NCBI RefSeq assembly: GCF_905237065.1
Contig: NC_059444.1
Coordinates: 51,878,644 to 51,942,643, forward strand
Length of the DNA: 64,000 nucleotides
Origin: Salmo salar
Lineage: Eukaryota
Direction: 5' to 3'
The notes beneath the pieces were generated by a model, which saw only the letters and a program-made list of their open reading frames with translations, did not search any database and was not told the DNA's origin. The position numbers were made by a program, and so were the translations under genes. Every line of letters begins with the position of its first letter. Positions within the stretch are counted from its first letter, which is position 1. This document shows, piece by piece, positions 25,568-41,389 of this stretch.

Positions 25568-25620
25568 TTCGCATGCTTGTGTGTACGTGCACATGTATGT
25601 GTGTGTGTGTGTGTATATGT
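25531..25620. repeat. (GT)n compound microsatellite
   Basis: tgtgtg... interrupted by gcatg and tacg motifs. Confidence 0.9.
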
Positions 25621-25839
25621 TCAGGTATCGTTCTGGGAGAGTGAGCGCTGGTTTGAACTTGAGCAACACATTGCCCTTTGAACAGGCCCACCTCAAAGAG
25701 TTGCCAATTCCATTCTCATCCCATTAATAAATAATACATTTGCATTTCATTCTGGGCTGATTCCTCTTCTGCATCAAACTGTCACACAGAGGTCCATCCC
25801 AGTCTGAACATGATTCCCCCCCACCCCCTCTGTCGCTTT

Positions 25840-25905
25840 CTCTCTCTCTCTCCCTCACTCCTTCCCTGAATCCATCCATCACTTCTGTCTTACTTCATCT
25901 TTCCC

Positions 25906-25958
<53 letters not shown>

Positions 25959-26084
25959 TCCTTCCCTGAATCCATCCATCACTTCTGTCTTACTTAATCT
26001 TTCACTATTCTCTCTCTCTCCCTCCCTCTCTCTCTCTCTCTCTCTCCCTCTCTCTCTCTCTCCCTCTCTCTCCCTCCCTCTCCC

Positions 26085-26140
<56 letters not shown>

Positions 26141-26150
26141 CATCTACAAA
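25840..26150. repeat. Tandem duplication of about 110 bp containing (CT)n microsatellites
   Basis: ccctcactccttccctgaatccatccatcacttctgtcttactt.atctttc.ctattctctctc occurs twice (25845 and 25955). Long (CT)n runs follow. Confidence 0.8.
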
Positions 26151-26434
26151 CAGATAGGTGTCGCACCTTGATCCATCAGCGGGGAGGGGGTATCTGTTCT
26201 GTGGGGAGGATACAGTGCAGCATTAGTTATTGTCTTGTTCCAGGCCGGTAGGGTTGTTTTCTCTCCTGGGTGGGTGGTGTACAGGCCTAGGGTTGGGGCT
26301 GACTCTGGACCTATACGTTGGAGGGTCTAGGTGTAGTGTAGCCAACAGGCGAAGGGACTGCCTAGTAAACTACCTGTTGGGGCAGGCAGAAATGACAGTG
26401 TGGAAGACCAGGACACATGAGATGCAGGGGGTCG

Positions 26435-27724
<1,290 letters not shown>

Positions 27725-27796
27725 TGAGTTATAGCTTCTTTGGACAGAAATGCACAAAGAAGAAATAAGCTCAATTTCTTCCTCTTCTTCCCCCAG

Positions 27797-27856
27797 CTCC
27801 CCTCTCCAACCACCATGGGGACAGCCCTCCGAGGAATCTCCTGCTACTTAAGAGAG
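27797..27856 (+). CDS. doc2a: doc2a-like exon 6 (C2A-C2B linker: LPSPTTMGTALRGISCYLRE)
   Basis: 60-nt phase-0 exon with strong acceptor tcttcttcccccag| and donor GAG|GTGCTT. The ALRGISCYL motif matches the Doc2A linker (AALRGISCYLKE). This is the weakest of the exon calls. Confidence 0.65.
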
Positions 27857-27874
27857 GTGCTTTCCCTTTTCCTT

Positions 27875-28020
27875 CCTCCCTCCTTCTCGCTCCCTCCTTC
27901 TCTCTCTCTCCTTGTCGCTCCCTCCTTCTCTCTCTCTCCTTCTCGCTCCCTCCTTCTCTCTCTCTCCTTGTCGCTCCCTCCTTCTCTCTCTCTCCTTGTC
28001 GCTCCCTCCCGCTCTCTCTT
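27875..28020. repeat. Minisatellite, about 29-bp unit (cgctccctccttctctctctctccttgt), about 5 copies
   Basis: Direct tandem repeats just 3' of doc2a exon 6. Confidence 0.8.
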
Positions 28021-28589
28021 TCTCTGTCAATCTTTTCCCCCCGCCTTCTTTCTGTCTCCATATCTCTCAACCCTCTCCTTGTCTCCCTCTCTCTCTCTCT
28101 CTCTCTCTTTCTCTATCTCCCGCACTCTCTCTCTCCATTTCTCTCCCTCCTTCTCACCCCTAACCAGGGCCAATTAGCAAAGCTTTAACATTCTAAATTA
28201 AAGAGCGATGTGAGGGTTTGAGCACCTCAGTAAACTAACTGGCTTCTGTTTATCAATTTTCTTTCTCTTTCTATTGATCTAAATTAGAATTTCAATAGGA
28301 GCCACTTTGTGCAGACTGATTATAAGTCATTATCAACCTTATTTTCTTCCTTAGTTACTTAGATACTTCAATGAGATGTGGGGAATATGAGAGGGGAAAT
28401 ATAAATCAGCTTTTAAAGATGGGAGGAGAGGGGAGAGATAATGGAGAACAGAACAGAGTATGAATATGATCAATTCCGGTAGTTTTTTTAAATGCTAAAT
28501 GTATCCAGAACACAAGGCAGTGATACATAGGAAAGGGCCAACAACTCAGGCTGGTATCAGTTTATAAGCATCACATTTTGAAGCTTCGG

Positions 28590-30130
28590 CAAAAAGATAT
28601 GCCCCAGCTAGCACCTAACGTTCTGAGAACCATATGTTTTTTAGAGGTTGGTGAAAGCTTGGTTATTATTGTTCCAAGGTTATTTTGCATACAACTTTCC
28701 CACAACTTTCTGGGAATGGTGCAGGATAGTTGTTTGGCTTTGGAACATTCTCAGTACATTTAAGGTACTTGACCAAAAAAATATATTTTCCTGGCATTTC
28801 ATTACTTTAGCAGAACGCTTCCTAAAAGTTCAAACATGGTTACATTTAATGTCAATGTTGGTAATGTTCTAGGAATGTTCTCCAACTGGTTTGACATTGG
28901 GAATGTTCTCAAATAGTTCAGAGAACATAAAAAAACTAAGTTCTTCTGTAGGATTTTCAGTGCTTCAGCATAACGTTTCCTACATGTTTCCTCATGGTTC
29001 TATTTAAAGTCATGTTCTCAAATTGTTCCAAGAACGTTAAGAAAACATTCCATAAATACCAGAACAAAACTTTAGTAATGTTCAGAGAACGTTCTAAGAC
29101 TGTTTTCTAAAAAACATATACATTCCATTCTCAGCATCAACAAAACTCTTTCTATTCTCTATCTTGTTAAGTGTGTTGGCCGTGCACACTGTTTGGCCAC
29201 ACCTGATCTTAATGAGTGCTTGTTTCCTTTGAAATGGGGTCTGTTTGAATAGACTAAAATGAACAGCTTTGTATGGGTAAAAATACATGGTTTGCTTACT
29301 CCATCCTGCTGGCGCAGTGGACTTAATTTTATGAATCGAAAACATAAAATTATATGTTTGAATCTCACTGATGCCATATCACAATAAAAATGTGTTTGCA
29401 TGCTTAAGGAAATTAGTTTCGATGTGTACTTGGAGTAAAACAAAAATTAACCCAAAATAAGCTAGCAGTGTTAGTGAAAGTTTTAAGGAAGTTATTCAAA
29501 AACCTCCAAATAGCAAGTCATTTCCATTCTTAGAGCACTAATAAAACCTCCCAGGAAAACTTTCAAGGAATCAGAGTAAAACGTTGTCGTAGGATGAAGC
29601 GGACCAAAGTGCAGCGTGATTATCGTTCCACATATTTTATTGAACTGTGAAACTATGCAATACATACAAAATAAACTGAATGAACAAAAACAACAAACCG
29701 TGACGAAGAGTTAACATACACTTACTCAGAATCAATCTCCCACAAACCCAGGTGGGAAAAACACCTACTTAAGTATGATCTCCAATTAGAGACAACGATG
29801 ACCAGCTGCCTCTAATTGGAGATCATCCCAAACAAAACCCAACATAGAAGTACAAAACTAGAACATAACAACATAGAAAATCTAAACTAGAAAACCCCCC
29901 TGTCACGCCCTGACCTACTCAACCATAGAAAATAACCGCTTTCTATGGTCAGGACATGACAAACGTTCTCAGAACTTCCCTGCACACTAAAAATAAATAT
30001 TCCCAGAACAGGCAAAATGTTCAGTTCTGTTCTCAGAACGCTAAAAAAACATTGTCTTACCAGTCAGGAAATGTGTGGTTTCGTTCACACAACTAATGTG
30101 AAACCAAAAAAATACATTCCCACAACTTTC
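28590..30130. repeat. Satellite-like region of degenerate short repeats built around gttctcagaac / agaacgttct motifs
   Basis: Recurrent aacgttctgagaac, gaatgttctc, gttctcagaacg, and the palindrome agaacgttct at about 29085. Confidence 0.4.
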
Positions 30131-30725
30131 AAGGAACCAAATGTGCTAGCTAGGGCATCACAGTTATTAACGCCTAAATCAATACATTGCATCAGCGGTC
30201 ACCTGCAGCACATAGTCCGCAATAGAATAAATAGCTGTCCAAATGCATGTGAATGAAGTAGGTAAATAAGAGATGGTGTCAGACAGACAACTCTCTGAGG
30301 GGAGTTAAGACTAGAGACTGAATCCAATGGTTTTTGGAATGAGGGATCAAAGCAAGAGAGAGAAAAAGAAAGGAAAAGGAGAGAGGCTGAAAAGAAAGTG
30401 GGAGTTTTGTGTCTCGATTGTCTTGGACAGCTCTTAATTCACATAGATTGGATGGAGGCCAGTCATGTGTGTGTGTGTTCTTGCGTGCGTTCTTGCGTGC
30501 GTTCTTGCGTGCGTGCACTTGCGCATGTGTGTACATCTTTGTGTGCGCACTTGTGTATGTGTGTGTGGCCATGATGGTCGTGGTGGATGGCCATCTGTGG
30601 TTTAATCAGATACATCTGACTATGCAAGCTAGCTAGCACAGTGCCTCAGACAGACAGACATTTGCATTCCTGTCCAGCCCACCTGACCTGCATGACTCTA
30701 CGTGTTTACCTGCTCATTAGTGGAG

Positions 30726-30727
<2 letters not shown>

Positions 30728-30804
<77 letters not shown>
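30728..30804. repeat. (GT)n microsatellite
   Basis: Perfect GT run. The adjacent 30470-30520 carries a 12-mer tandem, gcgttcttgcgt x3. Confidence 0.95.
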
Positions 30805-30810
<6 letters not shown>

Positions 30811-30935
30811 TATGTGTGTGCTCCCATTTGAAAGGTTTTAGTCATGCACAATGCCAGACACCGGGCGACGTTTTGAGTGTTGTTGCTGAGACCTCTCCTC
30901 CCAAACTAGCTGTCAGCAAACGCCAAGCACACATA

Positions 30936-32123
30936 CAGCGCCTTCAGAAAGTATTCATACCCCTTGACTTATTCCACATTTTGTTGTCACAGCCTAAATT
31001 CAGAATGGATGAAATATTTTTTTTTTCTCTCCCATCTACACACAATACCCCATAATGAAAAACTGAAAACATGTTTTTAGAAACAGACTGCCTAGAGCTG
31101 GCCGTCCGACCAAACTGAGCAACCGGGCAAGAAGGACCACTCTGACAGAACTACAGAGTTCCTTGGCTGAGATGGGGGAACCTGCCAGAAGGACAACAGA
31201 CTCTACAGCACTACACCAATCTGGGCTTTATGGGAGAGTGGCCAGACGGAAGCCACTCCTGAGACAAAGGCACATGACAGAATGCCTGTAGTTTGCAAAA
31301 AGGCACATGAAAGCATTAGGAAAAATATTCTGTAGATTGATGAGCCAAAAATTGAACTATTTGGCCTGAATGCAAAGCGCTGTCTGGAGAAAACCAGGCA
31401 CAGCTCTTCATCCGTGTAACACCACCCCTACCGTGAAGCATGGTGGTGGCAGCATCATGCTGTGAGGATGCTTTTCAGCGGCAGGGACTGGGTGACTGGT
31501 GAGGATAGAGGGAACAATGAATGGAGCAAAATACAGGCAAAACCTTGTTGAGAACTTGCTTCAGAGTGCAAACTACCTTAAGACTGGGACAAAGATTTAT
31601 GTTCCAACAGGACAATGAACCCAAGTATACAGTTAAAACAATGCTGGAATGGCTTCAGAACAAGAATGGGAAAGTCCTTGAGTGCCCTAGCCAAAGCCCA
31701 GACTTGAATCCCATTGAAAATCGGTGGAAAGACTTGAAAATTGCTGTTCACCGCTACTCCCCATCCAATTTAACAGAGCTTGAGAAAATCTGTACGGAAG
31801 AATGGGAGAAAACCCCCAAATCCAGATGTGCAAAGCTGATACAGACATACCCTAAATGATTCGAAGCTGTAATCGCTGTCAAACGTGCTTCTACAAAGTA
31901 TTGACTCAGGGGTGAGAATACTTATGTAAATTATAGAGATATTTCTGTATTTAATTTTCAAAAAATTTGCTACAATTCCGAAAAACATGTTTTCACTTTG
32001 TCATTATGGGTATTGTGTGTACATGGGTGTGAAATAAAATATATTTAATTAATTTTGAATTCAGACTGTAACACAAAAAATGTGGAATAAGTCAAGAGGC
32101 ATAAATACTTTCTGAAGGCATTG
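30936..32123 (+). mobile_element. Tc1-like transposon copy 5 (same family as copy 2), N-terminal half of transposase deleted, TA flanks
   Basis: Ends cagcgccttcagaaagtattcatacc ... ggcataaatactttctgaaggcattg. ORF 31521..31859 has [27 protein letters not shown]. Confidence 0.8.
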
Positions 32124-33177
32124 TATGTCGCATGTGAACCTTCGTTCGAATCATTATACTGTGGCTGAACAATGTCAAACTAATCAGTTAGCATTGAATA
32201 GAGTTCTATGCTGTCTACACACTAATTGCGCGCAATCTCCTGACAAAGACAGAAATGATGAAGAAACGGATTGCAAAAGAAAAACAAAATTGTAGTACCT
32301 TGCTCACGTTTCGTTTACTGTCCATGTTAAGCCTTCATGGTCAGTGTTGAGTCATGGTGACCTTGTGTCTCTCTGTCTCGCTCTCGGTCTTGTCTCAGGT
32401 CGATCTGGCATTTTGCTATTGTTGTTTTTGACTCACCGTGTGCTCATTACCTGGCTGGCTCGCTCTGTTACAATACAATTACTGTACTGGAGCTTCAACC
32501 AACCAGGAGAGACACCAGAGGCACTGCCTGGAGGGATGGAAGGAGAGAGAGAGAGACAGAGGGAGGGAGGGAGCGAAAGGGAGGAAGTGAGAGGGCGAGG
32601 GGGGGGGGTGGAAAGGGTGGATGGAGAGAGGGAGAGGGAGAGAAGGAGGGAGATGAAGGGAGATGAGCAGCATGTAGAGGGCTGGAGGATTGGAGAGATC
32701 CCGTGACAAATATTTCAAATGTCGGCCACCACTATCTCCAGCACCCACATTTGCAAATCTCTTCGTTGAAATTAAATAGTCTGCCCCCGTCTGGCTAACA
32801 CCTTGTATCCTTAACCACTTTCAAAAAGTCCACTCCCATCCTGACAAGCAAATGTTAGCAAGCAGCTGATCTATTCCAGGTGAGCGGTCTCAAGACAGCT
32901 TGCACAGCAGCAAAGACAGAAACATCCCAGTCAGAAATCTTGTCGTTCTCAGAACTTCAGAAGTAAGCAGGTGACAGTGAAGGGAGGGAAGTCCTGGAGT
33001 TGTTTTCTATAGTGGCTGGGGCCTTTCAACTAACTAGAGATCTCTGGTTAAACTGACAGCTAGCCTCCTCATCCTGTCTGGGTTAGATTGATGTTTTCTT
33101 AACGTCACTGGGGCCGAGTGCACTGAATCTATTTGCAGAGGAGAGAGTAGGGCCTGGCTTGACCCTTAGGGAAAAAA

Positions 33178-33242
33178 CACAATTTCACATGTAGAAAATC
33201 ACATGATTTCACATGTAGAAAATCACATGATTTCACATGTCA
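33178..33242. repeat. 24-bp tandem repeat x about 3 (cacatgtagaaaatcacatgattt)
   Basis: Direct repeats. Confidence 0.8.
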
Positions 33243-33624
33243 TTATGATACACACACAGTGCTTTTAACTTACATACTTTGACTACATTGTGTATGATTA
33301 TTGATACAGTAATTACTATTCAGCATGTTCTTACCTGGGATTTGAATTCACAACCTCTTGGTTCACGGCATTCCGATCTTTCTGCTATGAGATTACTGTC
33401 AATAACTGCTTTCACCTGTATACCTACACTTTGGACATCAAAGTAAATCTCAGCTTTGTTAAAAATACATTTAAGAAAAATTATTATATTTATCCTAGTT
33501 ATTCAGGAGTAACATTAAAACAGAATAATATGTCTCACCAACATTAGACAACTATACACAAAACCCTCAAATTACTGAAATAACTCAATTAAATCAATGA
33601 GAGAATAGTCAGGTTAACAGATAA

Positions 33625-34556
33625 CTAAACTGAACAAAAATATAAACGCGACATGGAACAATTTCAACGATTTTACGGAGTTACAGTTCATATTAGGAAG
33701 TCGGTCAATTGAAATAAATGAATTAGGCCCTAATCTATGGATTTCACATGACTGGGCTGGGGTGCAGCCATTGGTGGGCCTGGGAAGGCATAGGCACTTG
33801 GGAGCCAGGCCCACTCAATGAGGAGCCAGGCCCAGCCAATCAGAATTAGTTTTTCACCACAAAAGGGCTTTATTACAGACAGAAATACTCCTCAATTTCC
33901 GGGTGGCTGTCCGGGTGGCTGGTCTCAGATGATCCCACAGGTGAAGAAGCCTGATGTGGAGGTCCTGGACTGGCGTGGTTACAAGTGGCCTGCGGTTGTG
34001 AGGCCGGTTGGACGTACTGCTAAATTCTCTAAAATGACGTTGGAGTTGGCTTATGGTAGGGAAATAAACATTCAATTCTCTGGCAACAGCTCTGGCAGAC
34101 ATTCCTGCAGTGAGCATGTCAATTGCATGCTCCCTGAAAACTTGAGTCATCTGTGGCATTGTGTTGTGTGAGAAAACTGCACATTTTAGAGTGGCCTTTT
34201 ATTGTCCCCAGCACAAGGTGCACCTGTATAATGATCATGCTGTTTAATCAGCTTTTTGATATGCCACACCTGTCAGGTGGACGGATGGATCATCTTGGCA
34301 AAGGACAAATGCTCACTAACAGGGATGTGTATATTCCTGTGTATATTTACGAACGGTCTACCACCCAAAGGACATTTAGCCAACTTGACACAACTGTGGG
34401 AAGCATTGGAGTCAACATGGGCCAGCATCCCTGTGGAACGCTTTCGACACCTTGTATAATCCATGCCCGACAAAGTTAGGTTTTTCTGAGGGGAAAAAAG
34501 GGGCAGTGCAACTCAATATTAGGAAGTTGTTCCTAATGTTTGCTATACTCAGTGTA
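33625..34556 (-). mobile_element. Tc1-like copy (family of copy 1) with an internal deletion, fused or nested with half of a Tc1-derived MITE (34325-34556)
   Basis: ITR taaactgaacaaaaatataaacgcgacatg at 33625. HTH ORF 33854..34159(-). After about 34325 the sequence matches the reverse complement of MITE 39195-39430 and ends in ..cctaatgtttgctatactcagtg. Confidence 0.65.
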
Positions 34557-35638
34557 TATGCCACTTAGCAGCAGACACCTTTATCCAATGCAACTGACAG
34601 TAGTGAGTCCATACAGTTTTTGTATGGACCCACAACCTTAATGCTAGTGCCACGCTTTCAGCAACTGAACCACAAAGGACCATCAACACACTAGACTTGC
34701 TGGCTTAGTCAGAAGGTAAGGTCCTTGGTTTTCACAGCAACGTGGATGAATGTGCACCCGCTCTGTCCCTGACTCCCTGTCAACTTTTTACCACTGAAAT
34801 AGAACTTCGGCTACCTCGGAAATTTCTAAACATTGCCCTAGCTAGCTTCAAGGATTTTAGAAAATGGAATGGGGTTTTACTTTAGAAACACGACATGCAA
34901 AAGCATTGATTAAAAAAAATATGTATATATTTTTTAGGATGGAACAAGCCTAGAGAGAGAGAGAGCGAGAGAGAGAATTCAATGTTCCGACTGCTATCAC
35001 CGGGGGATCCATCATAATGAGGACTTGTGTGTGTGTGTGAGACAGAATGATGGTGAGGAACATAAAGACAGTGGTGTGAGCCAAACAGTGGGTGGGTGAG
35101 AGTGGGCGAGCGTTCGTTCAGAGGACAGAGAGAGAGAGAGAGAGAGACGAAGGGAAGGGAGCCAGGCGTATACTATTGATCTACTCCTCTCCTCTCTCTG
35201 TCTGTCTGGGGGGGGATCTTTCTATCTACATTCATGACATGTCAGATGTATCTAGTAATTGACCTTTCATAGTGATGAGGGTTAATTCATTAACACTGTG
35301 TGTGGGGTGACTTTGGGTCTGGTGCTCGTCTACTGGTTGAGTTGTGCTATGCTGCTGCTATGCTGCTCATTACTGTAGAGTGGAGACTGGAGAGTCTTAC
35401 CGTCCTCCGTCATACAAGTCCTGTACTCACTACTCATAACAAGCAGCCTACTGTACTCGTATAGGCTATTACCAGGACATTAGTCTTGCTTTGTAATACC
35501 TCGAAGATCACGTCGTTGTCACGCCTCCTGAAGCCTGGTTCGCGACGAGGCTTCCTGGTAGCCTCGTCGCGAACCAGGCTTCAGGAGTCGTGACAACTAG
35601 CTCTCGTATCAAACTGTGTCCCTTCATCCTCCTCCTAA

Positions 35639-35968
<330 letters not shown>

Positions 35969-35974
35969 TAAGTG

Positions 35975-36151
<177 letters not shown>

Positions 36152-37812
36152 ATGTCAAAAACTATACAAATCAGACATGAGTTGTTACATCTAGTCATTA
36201 AAGGCATTACAGCTACGGGTATATCTGTACGACTTAACCTCTGGATCATTTAGCTATTTGATTTGGAATTCTAGGACCCCTTCAGGTATCCCCCAAAAAT
36301 CCACCCAAAAATATATATAAAATATTGAATTTGGCCTTTACTATAACCCATAGAAAGGCATTGAATAACACATTCATAAATGGCAAAAAAAAATACAGTC
36401 AAAAAATGAATCATAAGGAATAAGGTTTCGGAGTGTCTGTCCTACATCTAGGAAATATGTTTTTTTGTTGTTGACACATTTAACCCCTTATTTTTCCTCT
36501 ATGCTTCCATTCATTTGTATGGGTTACCTTCAGACGAGTCCTGTGACACAGAGATCACAATCGTGTTCATCACCCCCCCCCTCCCCGGGGCATTTACTGT
36601 GAATGCGGGAACATGGCCATTAATTGTCAATCACGCTATAAAGTGGGTCTTCAACACTACGGCTTGATTATTGCCCTATAGTCTTGAAAAAAGGCCTCGC
36701 TGACAAAACGTTAAAACTAAACAATGATTAACAAGTGTAAACAGCGCACACTAGAGATGACTGACGACCAACCTTGACTTTATTTCATTTTTTTTAATTC
36801 TTAAACATCCGTTCTCCTTTCCATCCTAATATCTTCATAAAGCACTCAACAATGTCTGACTAGAAGGACAGTTTTACTTAAGCTTTAGGCCTTCCTATTC
36901 AAGCCAAGCAGGAATTAAGGACGCTGGAGATTGAGAGGAGGGCATAAATGACAAGTTAACAGTATAATATATCAAACGCAGCAAAGTCTTAGTGTCAAGA
37001 AAATTGGATAAGATGGGTGGTGAACCAGTCGTAATTGAGCCCAAATGCAGACAGAAGTAAAGTGTTTAAACCATTTGGCTGGCAGCATTGAAAATCAAAA
37101 AGAGAGAGAAAGAGCGACAGGGGGGGGGGGGGGGGGTACTGGGTTTTCAGATGAAAGGAAAGTTGGAATAGGTTAAAGAGTGAAGAGAGGCGTGAATATG
37201 GATAGGAGAGACAACCTGGGCCAAGTTCCATTTGTATTCCTTTCAACTTCTCCTAACTCCTTCCTTTTTGGCATTGGTTGGTCAGGAAATGAAGCTTTTA
37301 TTGTCCTGTTGGAAGGCTAGCTGGAGCATCACCATGTTACTTGAATCGAGACCAATCCACTATCCAGTTGTATCACATTTGGAAGCCCCAGGGGAACCAG
37401 GAGACTGAAATTGAATGGGGCCCAAGAAGACCATCACTCACTTCAATTGGTCTGGGTGGCAAGAGAGCCTCGGTGTGATAAAGAGAAAGGAATAGAGCAC
37501 GTCTGTTTCTTCCATCATCCATGTTCCTCTTAATTGTATTCCATGTGTCATCTGTTTAAGTCAAATGTTCCAAAGCATTTAATTCCTCCCTAGGCCAAAT
37601 GGCACAGGAACAGACGAGAGCTCAGTTCACTATCGCCCGCCCCCGCACACACACTCTGTCACACACACATGCATAGACTCTGTCACACACACACATATAC
37701 ACACATACACACACATTGTCAGCCACACTCTCTGTCTCTCACACAGATCAAAGCTAAGTCTCTCACTGTGCGTGTGACAGTGTGTGTGTACAGGTACATG
37801 TATGTGTGTGTA

Positions 37813-37952
<140 letters not shown>

Positions 37953-38055
37953 ACCCACTGTTTAGGAAGCGTATCAAAATTTTATCAGCAGTCAGTGGGA
38001 TGTCACCACAAAAAGCCTGAGAGACATACCTGTGTGCATGCATTTGAGGGATTGA

Positions 38056-38430
<375 letters not shown>

Positions 38431-39194
38431 TAGGAAAATCTCTCCTTCCCCCTCATTCTCTCTCTATCAGCACTACATCCCATTTCCTCTGAATTGAATT
38501 ATAACTAGGGATGCACGATATATCGGTAAGCATATCGGAATCGGCCCGATGTCTAGTTTAACACTGATGTGCAAACCCGATGTTATAATGTAGGTAGATG
38601 ACGTAATGACGCCACAATTTTTTTTTAAATATATTCCTAACCTAGCCCACAATGTCTGCTGTGTGGCTCGAGCAGTCAACAAGTCCAGCAGTCATTTGAA
38701 AGAGTAAGAACATTTCTTAACGATTAAAAGAAAACAACATTCATTAAAATATCTTAGTTCTAATGTTGGGTCAAATAAAGGCACAAAGTAAAGGCCATTA
38801 TATTTACTCAAAACAAAGTAAAAGCCAGTGTATTTTGTGGAAAAAAAGTAAATTCCAGTGTATTTTTTTTATTTTGTATAAACATGAACTGTGGAGACAG
38901 TAATATGAGCAGAATTGGCGAGTAGTTTAAAGGATTTTCTTTTTTGTACTTTTTAGAAGGACAATAGAAAGGTAATTCCCACTAGACTCTCACAGTCACA
39001 CCCTGATGTGCTGTAACATCCTCCAACCACCAAGTTATAAAACACTTACCAGGTTATGTATCTGTAATCATTTTTCCTTATTAATATTCAGGTAACACTT
39101 CATTATTTACTTAAGATACACATGTTAGACACTAATTTGTACTCTATAAGTATATAAATATGTAGTTCATAAAACAGTTATTATGTCTAATGTA

Positions 39195-39736
39195 CACTGA
39201 GTGTACAAAACATTAGGAACACCTTCCTAATATTGAGTTGCTCACCCTTTTGCCCTCAGAACAGCTTCACTTCGTCGGGGCATGGACTCTACAAGGTGTC
39301 GAAAGCTTCCACAGGGATGCTGGCCCATGTTGACTCCAATGTTTCCAGCAGTTGTGTCAAATTGGCTGGATGTTCTTTGGGTGGTGGACCATTCTTAATA
39401 CACACGGGAAACTGTTGAGTGTGAAAAACCCAGCAGCGTTGCAGTTCTTGACACACTCAAACCGGTGCGCCTGGTACCTACTACCATAACCCATTCAAAG
39501 GCACTTAAATATTTTGTCTTACCCATTCACCCTCTGAATGGCACACATACACAATCCATGTCTCAATTGTTTCAAGGCTTAAACATCCTTCTTTAACCTG
39601 TCTCTTCGACCTTCATCTACACTGATTGAACTGAATTTAACATGTGACATCAATAAGGAATCACAACTTTCACCTGGATTTACCTAGTCAGTGTATGTCA
39701 TGGAAAAGGTGTTCCTAATGTTTTGTACACTTAGTG
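39195..39736. mobile_element. Tc1-derived non-autonomous element (MITE-like, about 540 bp) with about 30-bp TIRs cactgagtgtacaaaacattaggaacacc, TA flanks
   Basis: Perfect inverted termini at both ends. No transposase. Nested inside the hAT. Confidence 0.8.
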
Positions 39737-39865
39737 TATTAGGCCATAATTAGGCATTATATTATTATATTTGAGTGTTCGAGTGTTTAAATGTGTCATG
39801 AATGTAGGCCTGAAAGTACTCAAGAACTGCTCAATAAATGCTAAAGAAATGCTGAAAGAAACGTA

Positions 39866-40975
39866 CGGTGCATTTGGAAAGTATTCAGACCCCTTGACTT
39901 TTTCCACATTTTGTTACATTACAGCATTTTTCTAAAATGTATTAAATTGTTTGTTCCCCCTCATCAATCTGCACACAATACCCCATAATGACAAAGCAAA
40001 AACAGGTTTTTAGAAATGTCTGCTAATTTATTATAAATAAAAAATACATTTACATAAGTTTTCAGACCCTTTACTCAGCACATTGTTGAAGCAACTTTGG
40101 CAGCGATTACAGCCACCAGTCTTCTTGTGTATGACGCTACAAGCTTGGCACACCTGTATTCGGGGAGTTTCTCCCATTCTTCTCTGCAGATCCTCTCAAG
40201 CTCTGTCAGGTTGGATGGGGAGCGTCACTGCACAGCTATTTTCAGGTCTCTCTAGAGATGTTAGACCAGGTTCAAGTCCGGGCTCTGGCTGGGCCACTCA
40301 AAGACATTTAGAGACTTGTCCAGAAGCCACTCCTGCGTTGTCTTGGCTTTGTGCTTAAGGTCGTTGTCCTGTTAGAAGGTGAATCTTCGCCCCAGTCTGA
40401 GGTCCTGAGCACTCTGGAGCAGGTTTTCATTAAGGATCTCTCTGTACTTTGCTCCGTTCATCTTTCACTCGATCCTGACTAGTCTCCCAGTCCCTGCAAA
40501 ACATTCCCACAGCATGATGCTGCCACACCATGCTGCACCATAGGGATGGTGCCAGGTTTCCTCCAGACGTGACGCTTTGCATTCAGGCCAAAGAGTTGAA
40601 TCAGTTTCATCAGACCAGAGAGTCTTGTTTCTTGTGGTCTTAGAGTCCTTTAGGTCCCTTTTGGCAAACTCCAAGTGGGCTGTCAAGTGCCTTTTACTGG
40701 TGGAGTGGCTTCTGTCTGGCCACTCTACCATAAAGGCCTGATTGGTGGAGTGCTGCAGAGATGGTTGTCCTTCTGGAAGGTTCTCCCTCTACACAGAGGA
40801 ACTCTGCAGCTCTGTCAGAGTGACCATCAGGTTCTTGACCAAGGCCCTTCTCCCCGATTGCTCAGTTTGGTGGTTCTGAATTTCTTCCATTTAAGAATGA
40901 TGGATGCCACTGTGTTTTTTAGGAACCTTCAATGCTGCAGAAATGTTTTGGTACCCTTCCCCAGACCTGGGGAAT
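39866..40975 (-). mobile_element. Tc1-like copy 6 (family of copies 2 and 5), truncated at its high-coordinate end, nested in the hAT
   Basis: Left end TA+cggtgcatttggaaagtattcagacccc. Minus ORF 40465..40731 has WSDETD, HLEFAKR. No terminal ITR at 40975, where the hAT segment duplicate begins. Confidence 0.7.
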
Positions 40976-41389
40976 ATATCGGTAAGCATATCGGAATCGG
41001 CCCGATGTCTAGTTTAACACTGATGTGCAAACCCGATGTTATAATGTAGGTAGATGACGTAATGACGCCACAATTTTTTTTTAAATATATTCCTAACCTA
41101 GCCCACAATGTCTGCTGTGTGGCTCGAGCAGTCAACAAGTCCAGCAGTCATTTGAAAGAGTAAGAACATTTCAGCGAGACAACTCAAAGGCAAAATCCAT
41201 TAACGCCAAGATAATAGAATTCCTTGCCCTTGACAATCAACCATTCTCTGTCGTGGATGATGTTGGCTTTCGCCGACTGGTCGAGCACCTCGAGCCCCGG
41301 TACACACTAACAAGTAGGTGCTATTTTTCAGATGTTGCCCTACCGGAGTTACACAGTATTGTTGAAACGCACATCCATGAGCTACTTGC

